Shown in pieces: positions 12,826 to 27,099 of a DNA stretch of 64,000 bases (positions are counted from its first letter, which is position 1; each line of letters opens with the position of its first letter). The stretch is from Vicugna vicugna (taxonomy: Eukaryota). The translations under genes and the position numbers were made by a program. The stretch spans positions 868,001 to 932,000 of the forward strand of contig MU058059.1 in NCBI GenBank assembly GCA_013265495.1. The letters run 5' to 3'. Under the pieces are notes generated by a model that saw only the letters and a list, made by a program, of their open reading frames with translations, was not told where the DNA came from and did not search any database.

Positions 12826-15361
12826 AACCTGAGTAATGATTTCCAACAAAATCAAATGTTAATCCAATGTAAGCCTTTAAACACTTGTTAGCCCAGTTCC
12901 TACAGTCATTTTCTTATTTTCAAGGTCTGTACAGTATTCCTAGTTCATATTACTTGGGGATCTGTAACTCTCATTTGTGGATGGAAATGGTGACCTGATA
13001 TCACTCATATTATTGTGATGAAGCTTAAGTACTTGAAATATAGCTCCTATATTTGAGAACAATTCTAATTGATAGTAAGTCCTTTTCTTTTTCACAATTA
13101 GCCTGTTAACTGTTGAGAGAGAGAGAGAGAGATCTTGAGACTAGAGTCAATTCAGAAAATGCTTATACCAGAAGTTCCATGATACATTTCTGGTGTGACG
13201 CCAATCAAGAAGATGGTGATTGAAATATCTCTGACAGTGTCAGCCCGGAGTCAGTCCCTTGCTGTTCCACAAGAGCCATAATCGCAGTAATGACTATTTC
13301 TTCTTGTAACAAAGAAGACAGTAAAATCAAAGGGGAAATATTCAAAGTGGAATGAAAGGAATTGGCATGAGAAAAGATGGCATGGTGACTGGAGGAAAAT
13401 AGGAAAAAAAAGGTTAAAGATCTCCATCGTGGGGGCATTCTACCATCACTGGGTTTGTCTCATAAAGTTTCCTTCCCTGTTGTACTAACTCTGTGCTTCC
13501 TGGATGTCTGCTGGGAATGAGCAGAAACAGAAAAGCTTTCCACGTGCTAAGAGGTAAATTCAAGCTGCCCATATCTGCGTGGAGCAACCAGTGACTTAGT
13601 CATGGTCAAAAGCCAGGTCAGAGGCAAAGCAGACTTGCCTTCTCCCAGATGCTTAATGACTGTGTTCCAATAATCCACGGGGAAAGTTAGCGCCAAGGGC
13701 AGGTACGGAGCAGAGCAGGACAGAAATACCTCAGTCGGTATAGCTGGAAAAGACACAGGATCTGAAGTTCTAAATTTTGGCCACCACTGTGCCAGCAACC
13801 AGCTGTGACTTTGGATGGGTCCTTTGAGCCCTCCCTTTATAGAAGGAAGAAGGTGAGCAAGACTAAGCTTGTAAGCTCCCTGTCCAGTGAGGCTCCCAAG
13901 AAGCTTCATGACCCTTTCCCCCCAAACCCTCACTTCCCTCGCCCGTCTCTCCCCATATCTCCCAGGCAAAGCCCTACCGCTCAGTCAACCCACCTGTTCT
14001 AACCTCGGCGTCCCTATCCCCTGGCAGTTGAGAAGCACGAAAGAAAGTGGCAAAGCTGAGAAGGTGCCCAAGTCCCGAGCTGGCAGCCTCCACCCTGAAT
14101 CAGCAAAGGTCCTCCCTCTGTTTAGAGAAAGCAGAGAGCCCCTGGGGCCCCTGCCTCCTGCCTGCTCTGCAGCCGCCCTGCCAGCACGCCTGCTTTCCTC
14201 CTCACGTCACTGCGGAGGAGGGGCCTTTCCCAGAGGACGCTCCAGGGATTCCCATTGCTCTGGGAGATAACTGTCTTCCATTTTACTGGAGGGCTTCCTC
14301 AGCATAAAATGTTTATATAATCTATTAAAAACAAACGAACAAACAAAATCCTTGTCTGTCCTGACAGCTGTTTCCCTTAAGAGTTAAACTCTTCCAGGGC
14401 CACTATGTTCATGAGCCAATTGGTGGAAGGCAGAAGTGGCTGGTGTCCTTAGAGTGGCTCATCCTGTCCACTTGATTGTTAACGCCCTCCTCTGCTGAGG
14501 TCACCGTTTGGTAAATATTCACATGGGACACATATATCTTCACATTTGTCATCCATTTAGAGAGGTCTAGTTGCATTTATTTAAACCTCCTTGCCACCAA
14601 TTTTCCAATCACGTTCCTTCCAAGTCTCTGACCACCCAGCCAAACCACTGGGCCACAGCCCACAAATACACAATTCTCAGTGCAGAAGATACAGTCGCAC
14701 ATCTGGCCATTTCTCTTGCCAAGAAATATGAACAACCACGTGCACAGCTCAAAGTTCTGCCCACTGGGAAGATTGCACTTCACACTTGTCATTTAGGGAT
14801 GTTCTAGAAAGGGGTCACAGAGCCGCAGCTGTCCACGTTTGGGCGGTTCCCGCATGTTGTGCAGAACCATCTGTAAGCCAAGCCCAAGTTTTCTCCTCCC
14901 CTGTCGACGGATCAGAGGGCGCCCCTCACTCTTTGTAGGCACAGGCCGGGAGGGAGAAGATGGTGTGGCCGAGGCGGGGACCGTGGGCACGTGGGCCTTG
15001 GCTTTGTGTAACTCACTTGTGCTTCCAGCCTAATCTTGTCTATTCCGCTTGCGCCCGCTGGCGGGGTGCTTCTGGGAACTGACCTTACAGCTTAGTGGGC
15101 AGACAACACCCAGTTTATGATGGGTAACTTGGTGGCCCACGGCCAAGTGCTCAGCCTTTGCTGAGGCTGCGTAGCCAATCAAAAGCTGCTTCTCAAAAGA
15201 AGAGTAGTTCTTTGCAGAGGATGCCAGGGCTTTGCTGCGGATTCCTAAGGGTCTGCAAACAGTGGGGAGGAACAAGCCTGGCTCCGCATCAGATCTGTGC
15301 CTTTGGCTCTAAGCCTGGGCTCTGTTTCCGGTGCTTAGTCATGCTGGTTCTGCACCTGAGG

Positions 15362-16440
15362 GCCCATCGATGGATGAGTGGGTAAAGAAAATGTGGTGTA
15401 CAGATCTAGTGGAATGTTGTTCAGCCATAAAAAATAAAAAAGGAAATCCTGCCATTTGTGACAATATGGATGGACCTTGAGGGCATTATGTGAAGTGAAA
15501 TCAGTCAGACAGAGAAAGACAAATACTGTTTGATCCCATCTGTATGTGTAATCTAAAACAACCAAACTCATAGGAATAGAGAACACATTGGTTGCCAGGG
15601 ACTGGTTGAGGATGGGGTGTGAAGTGGGTGAAGGTGGGCAAAGGGTATAAACTTTGAGTTATAAGAGGAATAACTTCTGGGGATGTAATGTGCAGCACAG
15701 TGACTGCAGTTAACAATATTATATATTTTAAAAGCTGCTAAGAGAGTAGATTTTGAGTTCTCACCACATAAAACAATTATCTTAACTATATGAGGTGGTG
15801 GATGTGTCAATGAGCCTTACTAGCAATCATTTCACAATATATACATAGAGCAAGTCATCATGGGGCACATCTTAAACTTACATAATGTTGTATTTCAAGT
15901 AAACCTCCATAAATCCACGGCAGGGAGAGAAAATACAATGGAGCAGCTGCCCTGAGGGCATTATGCTAAGTGAAGTAAGTCAGACAGAGAATGACAAATA
16001 CTGTACATTTCATTTATATGTGGAATTCAAAAAAGCTGAACTCACAGAAACAGAGAGTAGAGGGGTGGTTCCCAGGGAGAAGTTGGTCAAAGTGTACAAA
16101 CTTTGGTTATAAGATGAGTAACTTCTGGGGATGCAATATATAGCGTGGTGATGGTAGTTGACAATACTGCATCGTACACGAGAAAGTTGCTAAGACAGTA
16201 GATCTTGAATGTTCTCAACACACATACACACACAAGGTAATTATGTGCGGTGATGGATGGATTAAGTAATCTTACTGTGGTAATAATTTCACAGAATATA
16301 TATATATATTCTGTATATATTATATATATATTCTGTGTATATGTATATATTATATATATATATATAATCATCACACTGTACACCTTAAACTTACATATGT
16401 CAATTACATCTCCATAAAGCTTGGAAAAAATAAACTAAAA
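15362..16440 (+). mobile_element. Two tandem older L1 3'-end fragments (~15362-15915 and ~15930-16440) with a TA-rich microsatellite
   Basis: Both contain gagggcattatg...aagtgaa...agtcagacagaga...gacaaatactgt and L1 3' UTR motifs. Confidence 0.8.
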
Positions 16441-17039
16441 AAAGAAGAAGAGACCTGGGATAAACCCCAGGTATCTCGACCGAGAAAAGGAAGCTTAGAA
16501 AGAACTAGAAAAAGCAGCCAGAGAAACAAGGAGGAAAGTGGAAGAGTGGGTGCCGAGGCAGCTAAGGAAAGGAGATAGCTCAAGGAGGGAGGCAGGGCTG
16601 TGCCAGGTGCTGCAGGGAGGCACCAGAGGGTGAGGCCTGCCTGAGGGGGTCTTTGATGACCTTGGCCGCAGCAGCGCGGAGGGCCGGCGAGGGGGCAGCA
16701 GGGGAGCCCCGGGCTGAGAGGTGAGAGGAGGGGAGGTGGCCGAGCAGCTGCGGCGGAGTGGGACGTGGGAAAGCCAAGTCGAATTTCCTGAGTTCGCTTT
16801 GTAGTTCTTCCCCTGCCCACTGGCTTCCGACCCCCGCCTCACGCCCGCCCGCGTGCATTCCACTAAAAGTAGCTCTGCTGGCGGCAGCCTCTTATGTCCT
16901 GAAATTTGGCGATGTGCTTCCTCAGTTTCACACCCACGAGCACAGGCTCAAACGGGTCGTGGTCCGTAGTGTCCCAGCTGGCCTCCCCAAGGCTAGTCTT
17001 GTTTCCAATCCGGCTGTCACACACCACACCGCCGCCAAC

Positions 17040-17520
17040 TTTTAAGATGCAAATACAATCACCTTTTTCCTCTGCCTAAATTAACGACACTCCAGCGGAC
17101 ACAAGATAGGAGCAAGTGGCTCAGCACCCCCTACCAGGCTTTCCAACTTCTGGTTCCTGCCCATCCTTCTCCTCTTGGCCAGTTAAGCTTAAGCTCAAGC
17201 ACAGACAACTCGTCAGACTTTTCCCAGACTAGCCACATTCTCTCTCGCCTTTTCTTTTTCCAGGTGTTTGGAAGAGTTGCTACTCATCTTTCAAGATCTG
17301 CTTCAAGCACATCTTCCCCGTAGTCCCCTCCCGTCCACCCCGTGATCACTCCTGTCCTGCCTTCTTACCTGTTTCTAATATTCTTTGTTACCCTTTATCC
17401 AGCACATCCTTTATTGTGTTGTATGTTTATCTCTTCCAGCAGACTATGACTTCCTGGAGCACAAAAACTATGGTACTCATCTTCGTATTTCTAGTATTTA
17501 TGACAGCGCCTGGCATGGTG
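17040..17520 (+). mobile_element. L2 3' fragment
   Basis: tactcatctttcaagatctgcttcaagc...agactatgacttcctggagc...acagcgcctggcat. Confidence 0.6.
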
Positions 17521-18514
17521 AGTGAAACCTAAATTGCTGTATCAGCTGAGGGAGAATTACGGCTGTTTCCGACATCAGCATCACTGCTTTACCAGCATCA
17601 CAGGTGTGTCTGCAGAGCAGTGAAGAGTGCCCTTCTCCTCAGTCACACGAAGTCCCTGGCTTTCCCCGGTCTCCAAGGCGCAAGCAGCCCTGGTCTTTGT
17701 GCAGGTCCACCTGGGATCTTACACACCTGTCTTCCCAACATCAGGACCCTGGAGACCAATTCTCAGCTTTTCGGTCCAACCGGCTTCCTGAGGATTCTGC
17801 CCCAGAGACCCAGAAGGAGCCCCCGGGCTGGGTGCGAAGGGGAAGCCAGATGGCTGCTGCCTGCTTGCCCCCCCCCCTTCTGGGGGACTCGGGGCTCAAG
17901 GAGAAATTTGCTTCTGGGAAATATCAAAAGCTGAAAATAACAAAAGCACCAATGAGCCAATCTGGATACAACTCACAACGAAGAATTCTTCTAGGCCCTT
18001 GTTCCATTTGGTTATGCTTTTTAATCTGCTTTAATCCTGCACAGAGCTGCTTTAGGCCAGTTTGCAGTAGGTAGAGGCAGTTTTTGTCCTCAGTCCCTTC
18101 TGCAAGTAAGTCCCATTTTCAGTTGGTCTGGGTTGCTTTAAAAGTCCCCCCATTACTTGCTATTATGGTTTAATTCTTGAATTCTGCCAGCATAAAGAGA
18201 GAATGACCCGAGGCGAGGACCTCCTTGTGATCAGTTAGGCATGACTGAATTCCCATCCGCTAAGTTGATACCAGCACGAGTTGCGGAAGCTCGCTCTTCC
18301 TAGGCCAGCCTGCGGTCCTTGCTCTTGTGATGGAGTGATTTTCACTTCATTTATACAGCACTTCATCTTTTAATGTATTCTAAGGAATCATCTGACAGGG
18401 TCTAATTTGATCATTTCTATAGATCAATCGTTTCAAAGACAATAACTTGCCTCATAAAATGACGGAAGTTATCTTCACCTCCATGTGCGTTTCTCCGCAT
18501 TGCACTTTCTGTTC

Positions 18515-18610
18515 CTTTTTTCTTTTCTTTTTTAATAGAGGGACTGGGGATTGAACCCAGGACCTTGTGTATGCTAAGCTTGCGCTCCAGCACTGAGCTC
18601 CACCCACCCG
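18515..18610 (-). mobile_element. tRNA-Ala-derived SINE (vic-1-like)
   Basis: ggggattgaacccaggaccttgtgtatgctaagc preceded by a T-rich tract. Confidence 0.8.
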
Positions 18611-20519
18611 CTAGAACGGTACTTTTTGAACGAGCCAGGAATACGTTTATGCCCTTGGGTCACAACCCCACATTCCTGTGCCTCCGCTCCGCGGCAGGTG
18701 GGGGGAACCACAAGCAGTACTAGTGAGCGCCAGGGCCCGTCAGCTAAGGCCGGACCCCTCCTCCCCGAACAGCCTGCTCCCCTGGGTCTAGCGCTTGGGG
18801 TTCTCCCTCCTGCTGGGTGTGAGGCCTGGAGACTGCGGTAGGGTGAGACTCCAATGATGTACAGAGGGCGGCAATCTTCCTGTTTACCGGCCAGCTCACC
18901 CCTGTGTGGTGCAGGGTTCAGCTGGAATTGCTGTTTCCTGGTCTTCAAGTCTGCATCGCTCTTCTCCTGTTTCCTGCATTCCAGTCTGATTCTGGCAAAG
19001 TTCGCTTCAAGGTCAAAGCTGTCATTTCTGAATTACTCAGTAGCTCCCAAATGACGTTCATCAGTCATACTCCTTCCTGAGTGGTAGCGATGAACCTTGG
19101 CATAAAAGATGTGACTTTCTAAAGCCCCATGCTGCTCAGGAGCCCCCTAAGAGCCCCTTCACCGTGACCACGGGACATGGGAGGGCTTAAAGACAGGGAC
19201 ACCCAGCAGAGGCTTGGGCGCATCTGCAGATGTGGCCACATTGTCTCTTGGAGAAATACTGCTCTAGGGCCTTGGAGCTTTCAAGTTTACTTTGGAGAAT
19301 TCTCATTCAAGCTCTTGGATCTACTGGCTCGTGAGATTTGAGGGAAACAAAGATGATGTAGTGGAGATTTGCAGAGCTACCTAAAGCAACTTGAGCAAGT
19401 GTGTTATTGTTGCAGAAAAAGGAATGGCCATGTTCTTGGGAAATTTGATTTGTTCAATAACAAATCATCCCAGAAAAACGACATGGCATGCTCAAAATGT
19501 CACAAGGCTAGTTGCAAAATATTCCAGTGTTGAATCCTTTATTCAATAATATTGACTGTCACCTAGAGGTTACAGCCCAAAAGAGAATATCAAATTATGT
19601 GAGATTTTTGTCTGCGGCACATATGTCAGGCTCAAAAGAAAATCATATTAAAGCAAAACCAAAAGTGTCTGAGCATCTTTCTGGAGCCTCAGAAATGGCA
19701 AACTTCTCCTGAGATTAAGGTTAGCGTTCCCTGGCGATGTCCGTTAGCGTGAGGCCAGAGGCGACACCACAACCACTCCGTCCAAAGCTTGCCCAGTCTT
19801 GGGTGAGCAGAACAATTTACGGTTTCCAGTGCCAGGTGTGTATGAAAAACGTCATGTCATGTTCAAGTCTCTAGTCAAGTGGAAACTCCACTCAAAGTTT
19901 GACCCCTGCTTTCCAACAAAGGAATAAGAGCTCTGTTGATAGATAAGGAATCAGGCACAGGGAGCGAAAATAATTTAGTGGAGCCCAAACACATGTAAGA
20001 AATACTGTTAAACTGTCATCTGTATGTAGTCTAGGCATCAGGTCAGAAAGGTCCCGAGGGGCATTTTACCTCTCTGTTCTCATTTCTTCCAATAGCGTAA
20101 AAGTAGAACATGAAATTAAGCGGTGGTGGGGGGTTAGTAAAAGGCAATTGTATAATATGACATGATTACATTAGTAATTAAAATAAGAAAAAATATTAAT
20201 TGTTGATTCCCATGCTTATGTTGTGAAAGCATTAGATACATAAACTCAAAATATCCAGAGTTAAACACATTTTCAGAAAAAGCAGTAGCTGAAAGAAAAT
20301 GTAGCAACAGGAAGAAGTAGATTTGTTTACAGAGAGAATACTCAGAAAAACTTCTAAGCTTCAGATTGTATTGAAATATTTCTCAGAATGTTGCCATCAA
20401 AGATTTACTCAGAAATCCTTCTGGGACGATGAGGAAATGTATTCAGGGACAGGAAAGACTGAACAATAATTGACTAATAAATCTTGTAATTTCTTAATGT
20501 AGCATAGTTTCTTCATAGC

Positions 20520-20710
20520 AATATTTACAACTTGTCATTATAATTTTTATATGCTTTATTTACCTCTTTACTCTCTCCTCTACCAGAATATAAGCTCCAT
20601 GAATATAGAGATCTTATCTGTCTAAATCATCACATGTCATGCTGTATACAACAGAATCTAGCAGGTAGTGAATATTTAATATACACTTGCTGTATGAATG
20701 AATAAATGAC
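20520..20710 (+). mobile_element. L2 3' end
   Basis: ccagaatataagctccatgaa...gaatgaataaatga terminus. Confidence 0.6.
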
Positions 20711-20869
20711 TTTTTATTTCCAACAGCACCGAACACAGTGCCGTATGCACGGAAGATGCTCAGTAAATCATTGCTGATATGATACTATGTGCAGAAAAGA
20801 AGACTAATGTTGGTTGAACTACTAGTTTATGATGACACTAACACTGTCACTAGGATCTCAAGGTGTAAG

Positions 20870-21057
20870 TGTTGTGTTTTACTTAAGACACCATTGATTG
20901 TAAGATGAACAACTATTTTAGGAAAGTTGAAGAAGGAAAAAAATTTGCTGATTGAGCCGTGACCCACCATTGACTGTAATTGTAGTTATAAAATCTCTCC
21001 CATCTTGACCGCAGAGTTTGAGAAGAGTGTGCACCTTAGGATTTAAGAGGTATGGTA
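20870..21057. mobile_element. MER104-like Tc1/mariner MITE
   Basis: taagacaccattgattgtaagatg ... gtgcaccttaggatttaagaggtatggta. Confidence 0.45.
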
Positions 21058-22785
21058 CATAACATAGACTTTCTCCTAAGACCTGTTGTAATGTGTCTCT
21101 CTCTTCATGGAAATCTTGGACTGTAAAGAACCCTAAAAAGGGCAGTAGTCTAAATTTCCATACCGTGCTAAGGTGCACGTTTGTTCACATGATGGTGGGG
21201 ATAAAATTAAGGTCCATATAGACTCAGTGATGTTCAGGCAGCATTCCTGAGATGAGGAAAAAGACAGACGTGAGACGTTTCCCCTCTTCAATCCTTACTA
21301 CTTTCAGGTTCTAAGCACACACTCTTAGGAAAAGAGAGAAGGAAGAGGCAGCGGGAGGGAGGTATGAAGGGAGTATGGTCGGGGGCTCGCTCACATTGGA
21401 TCTTCCAAAGACCACCTGTGTGCAGTGCGGTGAGGCCCCAAAGAAGGTGCAGAGAGACCAGGGAGGAGGCTCTGCGGACTCCCCAGCGAGCGATGTTGGG
21501 AGCTGGCAGTGGGATGGGGAGGTGGGCCTGGAGGAGACACTGCTGCGGCAACATGGGCAGGACTGCATTGTTTTGGCTCCCCCTCCACCGCCAACCATAT
21601 TTTTAAATTGTTTGGCAAGGACTTGTCACGATAAATGCCTCTGATTCTAAGTTTAAACCACAGCACACACTAGGAAACATTCCATGATTTTTAAAAATTT
21701 TTAAAGTTTAAATTAGTTAGCAGAAATTAAAAGATCCCCATATTTCTGAGGCTATTTTACACTTAATTTGTTTTTAAATTTTAAACCTATTAATGACAAA
21801 GTTTCCAGTGTCAGGTATAGAGTGATCAGGGTGTGCTCTTTCTCAGAAGGGCCTGGCTTCAGGGGATATTGAGAAGTCAGGGGAGCACATGTCTACTCTC
21901 TGTCCTGTCGTCTTGTTGAACATGCGGCCGTGGCATGACCACGTGGCCGTGGCATGACCACACTGCCGTGCGGATCTGTGTGGCAAATTCTCCTGTGAAT
22001 TATCCACCCACCTGCTGATACTCTGTAAAGTGCTAATGTAGAAGAAATGAAACTCCAAGTCTAGAGTTCTTTGCACAATTACTATGAAAGTTAGATGTAA
22101 CTGTCCGGTGGGGTCCTCCGTCAGCACCTGTTGTATTTTGAGCTAGATTATGAATAGATATAATGATCAAATGTAAACCAAGTAAAATAAATAAAATTAC
22201 ATTAGTGTGTGTGTGTGTGTGTGTGTGTGAAATTTAAGGGTGAATTTCGAGAAGGACGAGTTACTAGTCTAGCTCCTCTTGTGTTAAAATAACATAGCAA
22301 GTTAAAAAGACGGGTAAACCTATATTTTATAAGTAATCCAGTGTTTATTCAGCACTTCCATGGGGAGGAGGAAATGCGAGAGGCCATTCCTGCCACATTG
22401 TTCCCCCTGCCTCTAACTTCAGTGACGTCTGACAGAGTGGGGTGGACCTTTAAAGACACAATAGGACCAAGATCTGTAACTGGACGGGGAACAAGCTTGC
22501 ACTGAATCCCCAGCTCCAGCTGGAAGCTCCTGCCATAGGAGGCGCCACTAGCGGTCCCTGTCACTGGGCTAAGTCTGTAATTGGACTTTTTATGTTCTTT
22601 CTCTCTAGTTATACTCCAGCTTTTAAGATGTAGGATTCTGGCTTCTACCTCATTCCACTTTCTTTACCCGCACTTAATTTTTAATCTCTACTTAAAAAGA
22701 CTTTATATTGGAACATTAAATTCTTCTTGGGCTGAAGAGGGTGTTTGATTTTGAAGGTGATTAAGCTCTTTGCTCTGTAAACATC

Positions 22786-23205
22786 TGTTGTGGAATGAAT
22801 CGTGTCCCCCTAGAAGATACACTGAAGTCCTAGCCACCAGCAGCTCTGAAGGTGACCTTATTTGGAAACAAGGCTGTCACAGAAGAGGAAGTCACGCTGG
22901 AGCAGTGTGGACTGGTGTCCTTCTAAGAAGACGCACAGGCACATCGGCACCCGTGGGGAGGGCACCCGAGGGGAGGGCACCGCGGGGAGACGCCGCAGCC
23001 CGGGAGCGCCGAGGGCTGCCGGCAAGCCGCCAGAAGCCGGAAGGGACAGCGCAGATTTTCCGCTACAGGTTTCAGGGGAAGCCTGGTCCTGCCAACACCT
23101 TACTTTCAGACTTCCATACACCACAACTGTGAGACAAGAAACTTCTGTTGTTTTATGCAACCCCGTTTGTGGTACTTGTTAGGGCAGCTCTATGAAACTA
23201 ATAAA
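22786..23205 (+). mobile_element. MaLR solo LTR (MLT1B/C-like)
   Basis: tgttgtggaatgaatcgtgtcccc...gtgaccttatttggaaacaagg...tttgtggtacttgttagggcagc. Confidence 0.85.
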
Positions 23206-24292
23206 CCACCCAGCTCTCCATCCATCTTCACACCCATCTACGAATTCATTCAAATGGCACTTATTTAGCACTCATTGTATACTAGGCACTGTGTACAGGA
23301 CTTCCAAGGAGGCAAAGATGAGAAAGAAAGCAGCTCTGGTCCTGAGAGCTTTTAATCTCAGGAGACAAGAGACTCTGAGATGCAGGGAGGAAGGACTGAC
23401 TCTTCTTGGTGTGTGGAGACGGGTTTGGGTGTTGGTCATGGAAGACACAACAGGAAAGAAACTTTAAGAGTGGCTTTAAGGTGGACATGGTGGAAAAACA
23501 TTGCATTTCAGATATAAGAATATAAGATGCAGTGTTGGAAGGGAATTTAGGGTTGACTCTAACTTTCTCACTATAAATAAAGAGACCGATGCTCTTGCAG
23601 GCTGTGATCCGCCCAGCATCACAAAACTAGCGGCGGACGCAGGATGAAAACGACTAGAAGAACAGCTGCTGTGTCTACACCCAGTGCGAGGGCTGCACCT
23701 GCACATCTCCTGCTCCCTCACCTTCGTCCTCCTTCTCAAAGACGGAATCTTAAGGTCCAGAGAAGCGATGTGATTTGCTCAAGTACAGTGAACTGTCCAT
23801 TAAATGGCACAGCTCAGATCCCAGATGGCTTCAAAGTCGCAGGCCTGAACCTCCCCGGTTTTAGAAACTCCAAAGCTAGTTTTCTTTTCACTCTCCCACC
23901 TCGTCTTACAACAATTTATAAAATCTCACATTAAAACCAGACAGTTCCTCATGAAGTAAATTAAAACTCCTGGAAAGAAATTAGAATTAAAAACGTAATT
24001 GTGCCTTTAGGCCTCACAGTCTTTCAGCCTCAACAGAATGTACTATTCGTAAATCCTGAGAGTGATACAAGAATATTCATGTATTCATATGAATACTGAA
24101 ATTAGATGGCTATTTCTATTGTCACCGCCATCATCACAGATATGGATAAGATTTCTCTTTCAAATTTCAGACGGAGGAAACTCAAAAGAAAATTGTTATA
24201 CATTGATGTACAGAGTGGTTCTGGGACTAAGACGATTTAATCCCATAAATATTTCCAAATGAACTTATTTCAAATGCATATTGATGGTCTTA

Positions 24293-24297
<5 letters not shown>

Positions 24298-24335
<38 letters not shown>
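24298..24335. repeat. (CA)n microsatellite
   Basis: Uninterrupted CA run. Confidence 0.95.
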
Positions 24336-24339
<4 letters not shown>

Positions 24340-26379
24340 ATATAGATCAAGAATAACTCCAAATTATTCAACAAATATTGTCATACTAGGGGTTATCCCT
24401 TGAAGCCTGAAGAATCTAACTGAGAACTAATAAAAGTAGTTCTACTTTATGAAGCAATAGTCAACTTATGGATACATTGTCCTAGGAGGTGAAGACAGCA
24501 GAAACACATTATCATGGTGTCACCCTGTCCTGGGACTTTTCATGCTACAGTCTATCCGTAGTGCTACACCGCAGGAAAAGGCTGAAATGTCTACCAAAGG
24601 CTTGGGAAATAAATGGGAAGGAGCTACAGAGAACTTGTGACACTTAAGTATCTGCCTTAGTGACTCAGTGTATCTGCCATATGCATCTTCAGTTAGTGGC
24701 TTAGCACTCGAGACTCTCTCAGGGCTATTAACTGAGGTCAACTTAACATCTACCAAACATGAGTCACTTCGAAGACATCTACATTATTGGAATCTGTCGC
24801 CAAGGGAAGACGACCTCAAAAAAAGAAAACAAGTCCTTTTCTGACCTCCTTGAAGACTCCCTTTCTAGACTTCATTTCCTGAAGATTAACTTCTTCCATG
24901 TAACCTCATCTCTGATCTAGGAAATGACCACACCTTCTGGGGCCAATTAAGACCTCCCCATAAGGCTAGGGGAATTTTCTAGGAGGCATCCACATGCATT
25001 CAGTGTATTTTGCAGGGATGCAATGCAAAAACCCCCCATCAGTGCAAAAGAGTCATACATGCCTTTGGTGGGGGGAGTGGCTCCCACTGCAAGGAGTGTC
25101 AGATTTTCTCACAATGTTCGTGTGCTCAATGGAATCGGAAACTGGAGAAAGTCAACATGGTTCTCCTCCGGCACCATTTAAGAGTTTCAGGCCATAGGAT
25201 CAGTCCAACCCATGTATTTCTTCCCTGAACTGCCATGGAAAGGGTAGGTATGTCATTTGGCTACAAAACGCATAATTGATTTTCCTTCCTGACTGAGGGA
25301 AATCAACCTCCTTAGTTCACAGCTGTACCTTGTAATGAGCCAGCTCTCTTTCCCGAGTTAAAAATGATTTTCCTGATCTTTCATGCTCCAGGGACTTTGT
25401 TTATGGTATCTTTTCTCAGCAAAGGTTTTAGATATTTTACAGTCTTTTTTTTTTAAAATCGCTTCTGGGTTTCCAGAATAAAGTCTTCCTTGCTGTTGGA
25501 TTATGAAGTTTCATAGCATTTCTGGTAATATTTTAATTGATCTGACATGCAGCTGGTATGAACCTTTGTCTATCTATGCTTAAGTTAGAGGCCGACTTTC
25601 ATTTTCTTCTAGAAAGACAGCTCTTTATGCCAGCACCATTTATTAAATAAACCATTTCTCCCACTGGATTATGCTTTTTTTATCTAGGAAGTCTCCCTTA
25701 CTGATGCTGGCTTTTGCTCTGTATTCCACCCCACTGACCTGGTATCCTGTCCAGAGTCAGCACCATCTTGTGCTGGTGGCGGTGGCTCTGCTCTGCAGCC
25801 GGGTGGGGCCACAATGTGCCTGCTCCGCCCTCCGGCAGGAAGAAGTCAGCAGCTGAGCGGTGGGGGCCTGGTGAGCTGCCAGGGCGCTGGGTTGGAGCCG
25901 GGTGGACCCCCCGCCAACGACTGACCTGATGCGGGAGGGCTCAGCCGCTTCTGCCGGGTGTGGGACCCCACCAACTGCAGAGTGTCTCCGCTGGCTTGGA
26001 CGAATCACGTGTGTGGGGCGGTCAAGGCAATTCCTGCCTCTTTCCCTTCACAGGTGTCAGATCTCAACAGGACCTGAAGACATCTCCCGCCCCACCTGGC
26101 TTCCTCCCTCTTCCAGGCATTCCTCCCTCCTTCCCCCTCCCTCAGTTAACCTCTTGCCCCTCTAGCTCTGTCTGCTTTCCAAGGACTCACATTTATACCC
26201 AAGGTAATCTCCCCCACCCCTAGCCTCACCCTGCCTCCTTCTTCTCCTGGCTAGCTTTGGTCTCATCCTTCTGTACACACACTATCAGTGTACTACACAT
26301 TATCACCTTCATCAGAAAAAAAAAAAGATTGGGATAATAAATTGAATCACATTACATTTAGGCTGAATTTTGGGAAAAT

Positions 26380-26560
26380 TGACACAATTTGTAATTATAT
26401 ATTTAACTGTGTACTTACTTAATGTTTACATCTCCCACTAAACTGTCAGCTCCACAAGGACAGGTATTTTGTGGATTTTGTTCACCGCTCTGTACCAAAT
26501 GCATAGCAGGCACTGGGACGTAATGGGTAATGTTATAGATATTTGCTGAATACATGAAAT
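26380..26560 (+). mobile_element. L2 3' end
   Basis: ctcccactaaactgtcagctccacaaggacagg...atatttgctgaatacatgaa. Confidence 0.65.
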
Positions 26561-27099
26561 AACCAACATCCAAGGCTTATCATTTCAAAGGGTGAATAAA
26601 GACATTTAAGGCAGACAATATATGGTGAGTACAGTAGTTGTTGCTAATAACATCCTGGGGTAACTGCACAATATACAATGATGTTTCTATTTTCTGTAAC
26701 CAATTATCCAATACAACTGATTTTTTTATTTTTAAATTTTCATTTTGGATATATTAGCCAAACTTGGAATACATGACCAACTGAAACAAAATTTAGAAGT
26801 AGACTCCTGCCTATTCCACAGTGTCTGCAATTCTTAAAACTGTCTTTTGGATTAAACAGGCTTCTGCGGAACTAATCATTATTTGGAAAAGCATTACAAT
26901 AAGGATGAAAGCATTAACCAATTCAGTCGGGAGGCCAGGAGATATCATTCTGCTCTCTGTCCCCATCCCCGCCATTTGTGACCCGAGGAAAGGAAGGTTC
27001 AAGGTTCAGATTTTGCTGAATGATCCTCAGTGCCTCTGTGGTTCTGTCTGGGGCGCTCCTGGCATATCCAGTGACCTATGATTCTGCAATCGCTTAGGA

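Noticed and set aside
16291..16314. Perfect 24-bp palindrome acagaa(ta)6ttctgt
   Set aside because: Largely explained by the TA microsatellite inside an L1 remnant
22293..22307. catagcaagttaaaa, resembling the SpCas9 tracrRNA/sgRNA scaffold
   Set aside because: 15-nt AT-rich match only; the rest of the scaffold is absent, so chance is the likely cause
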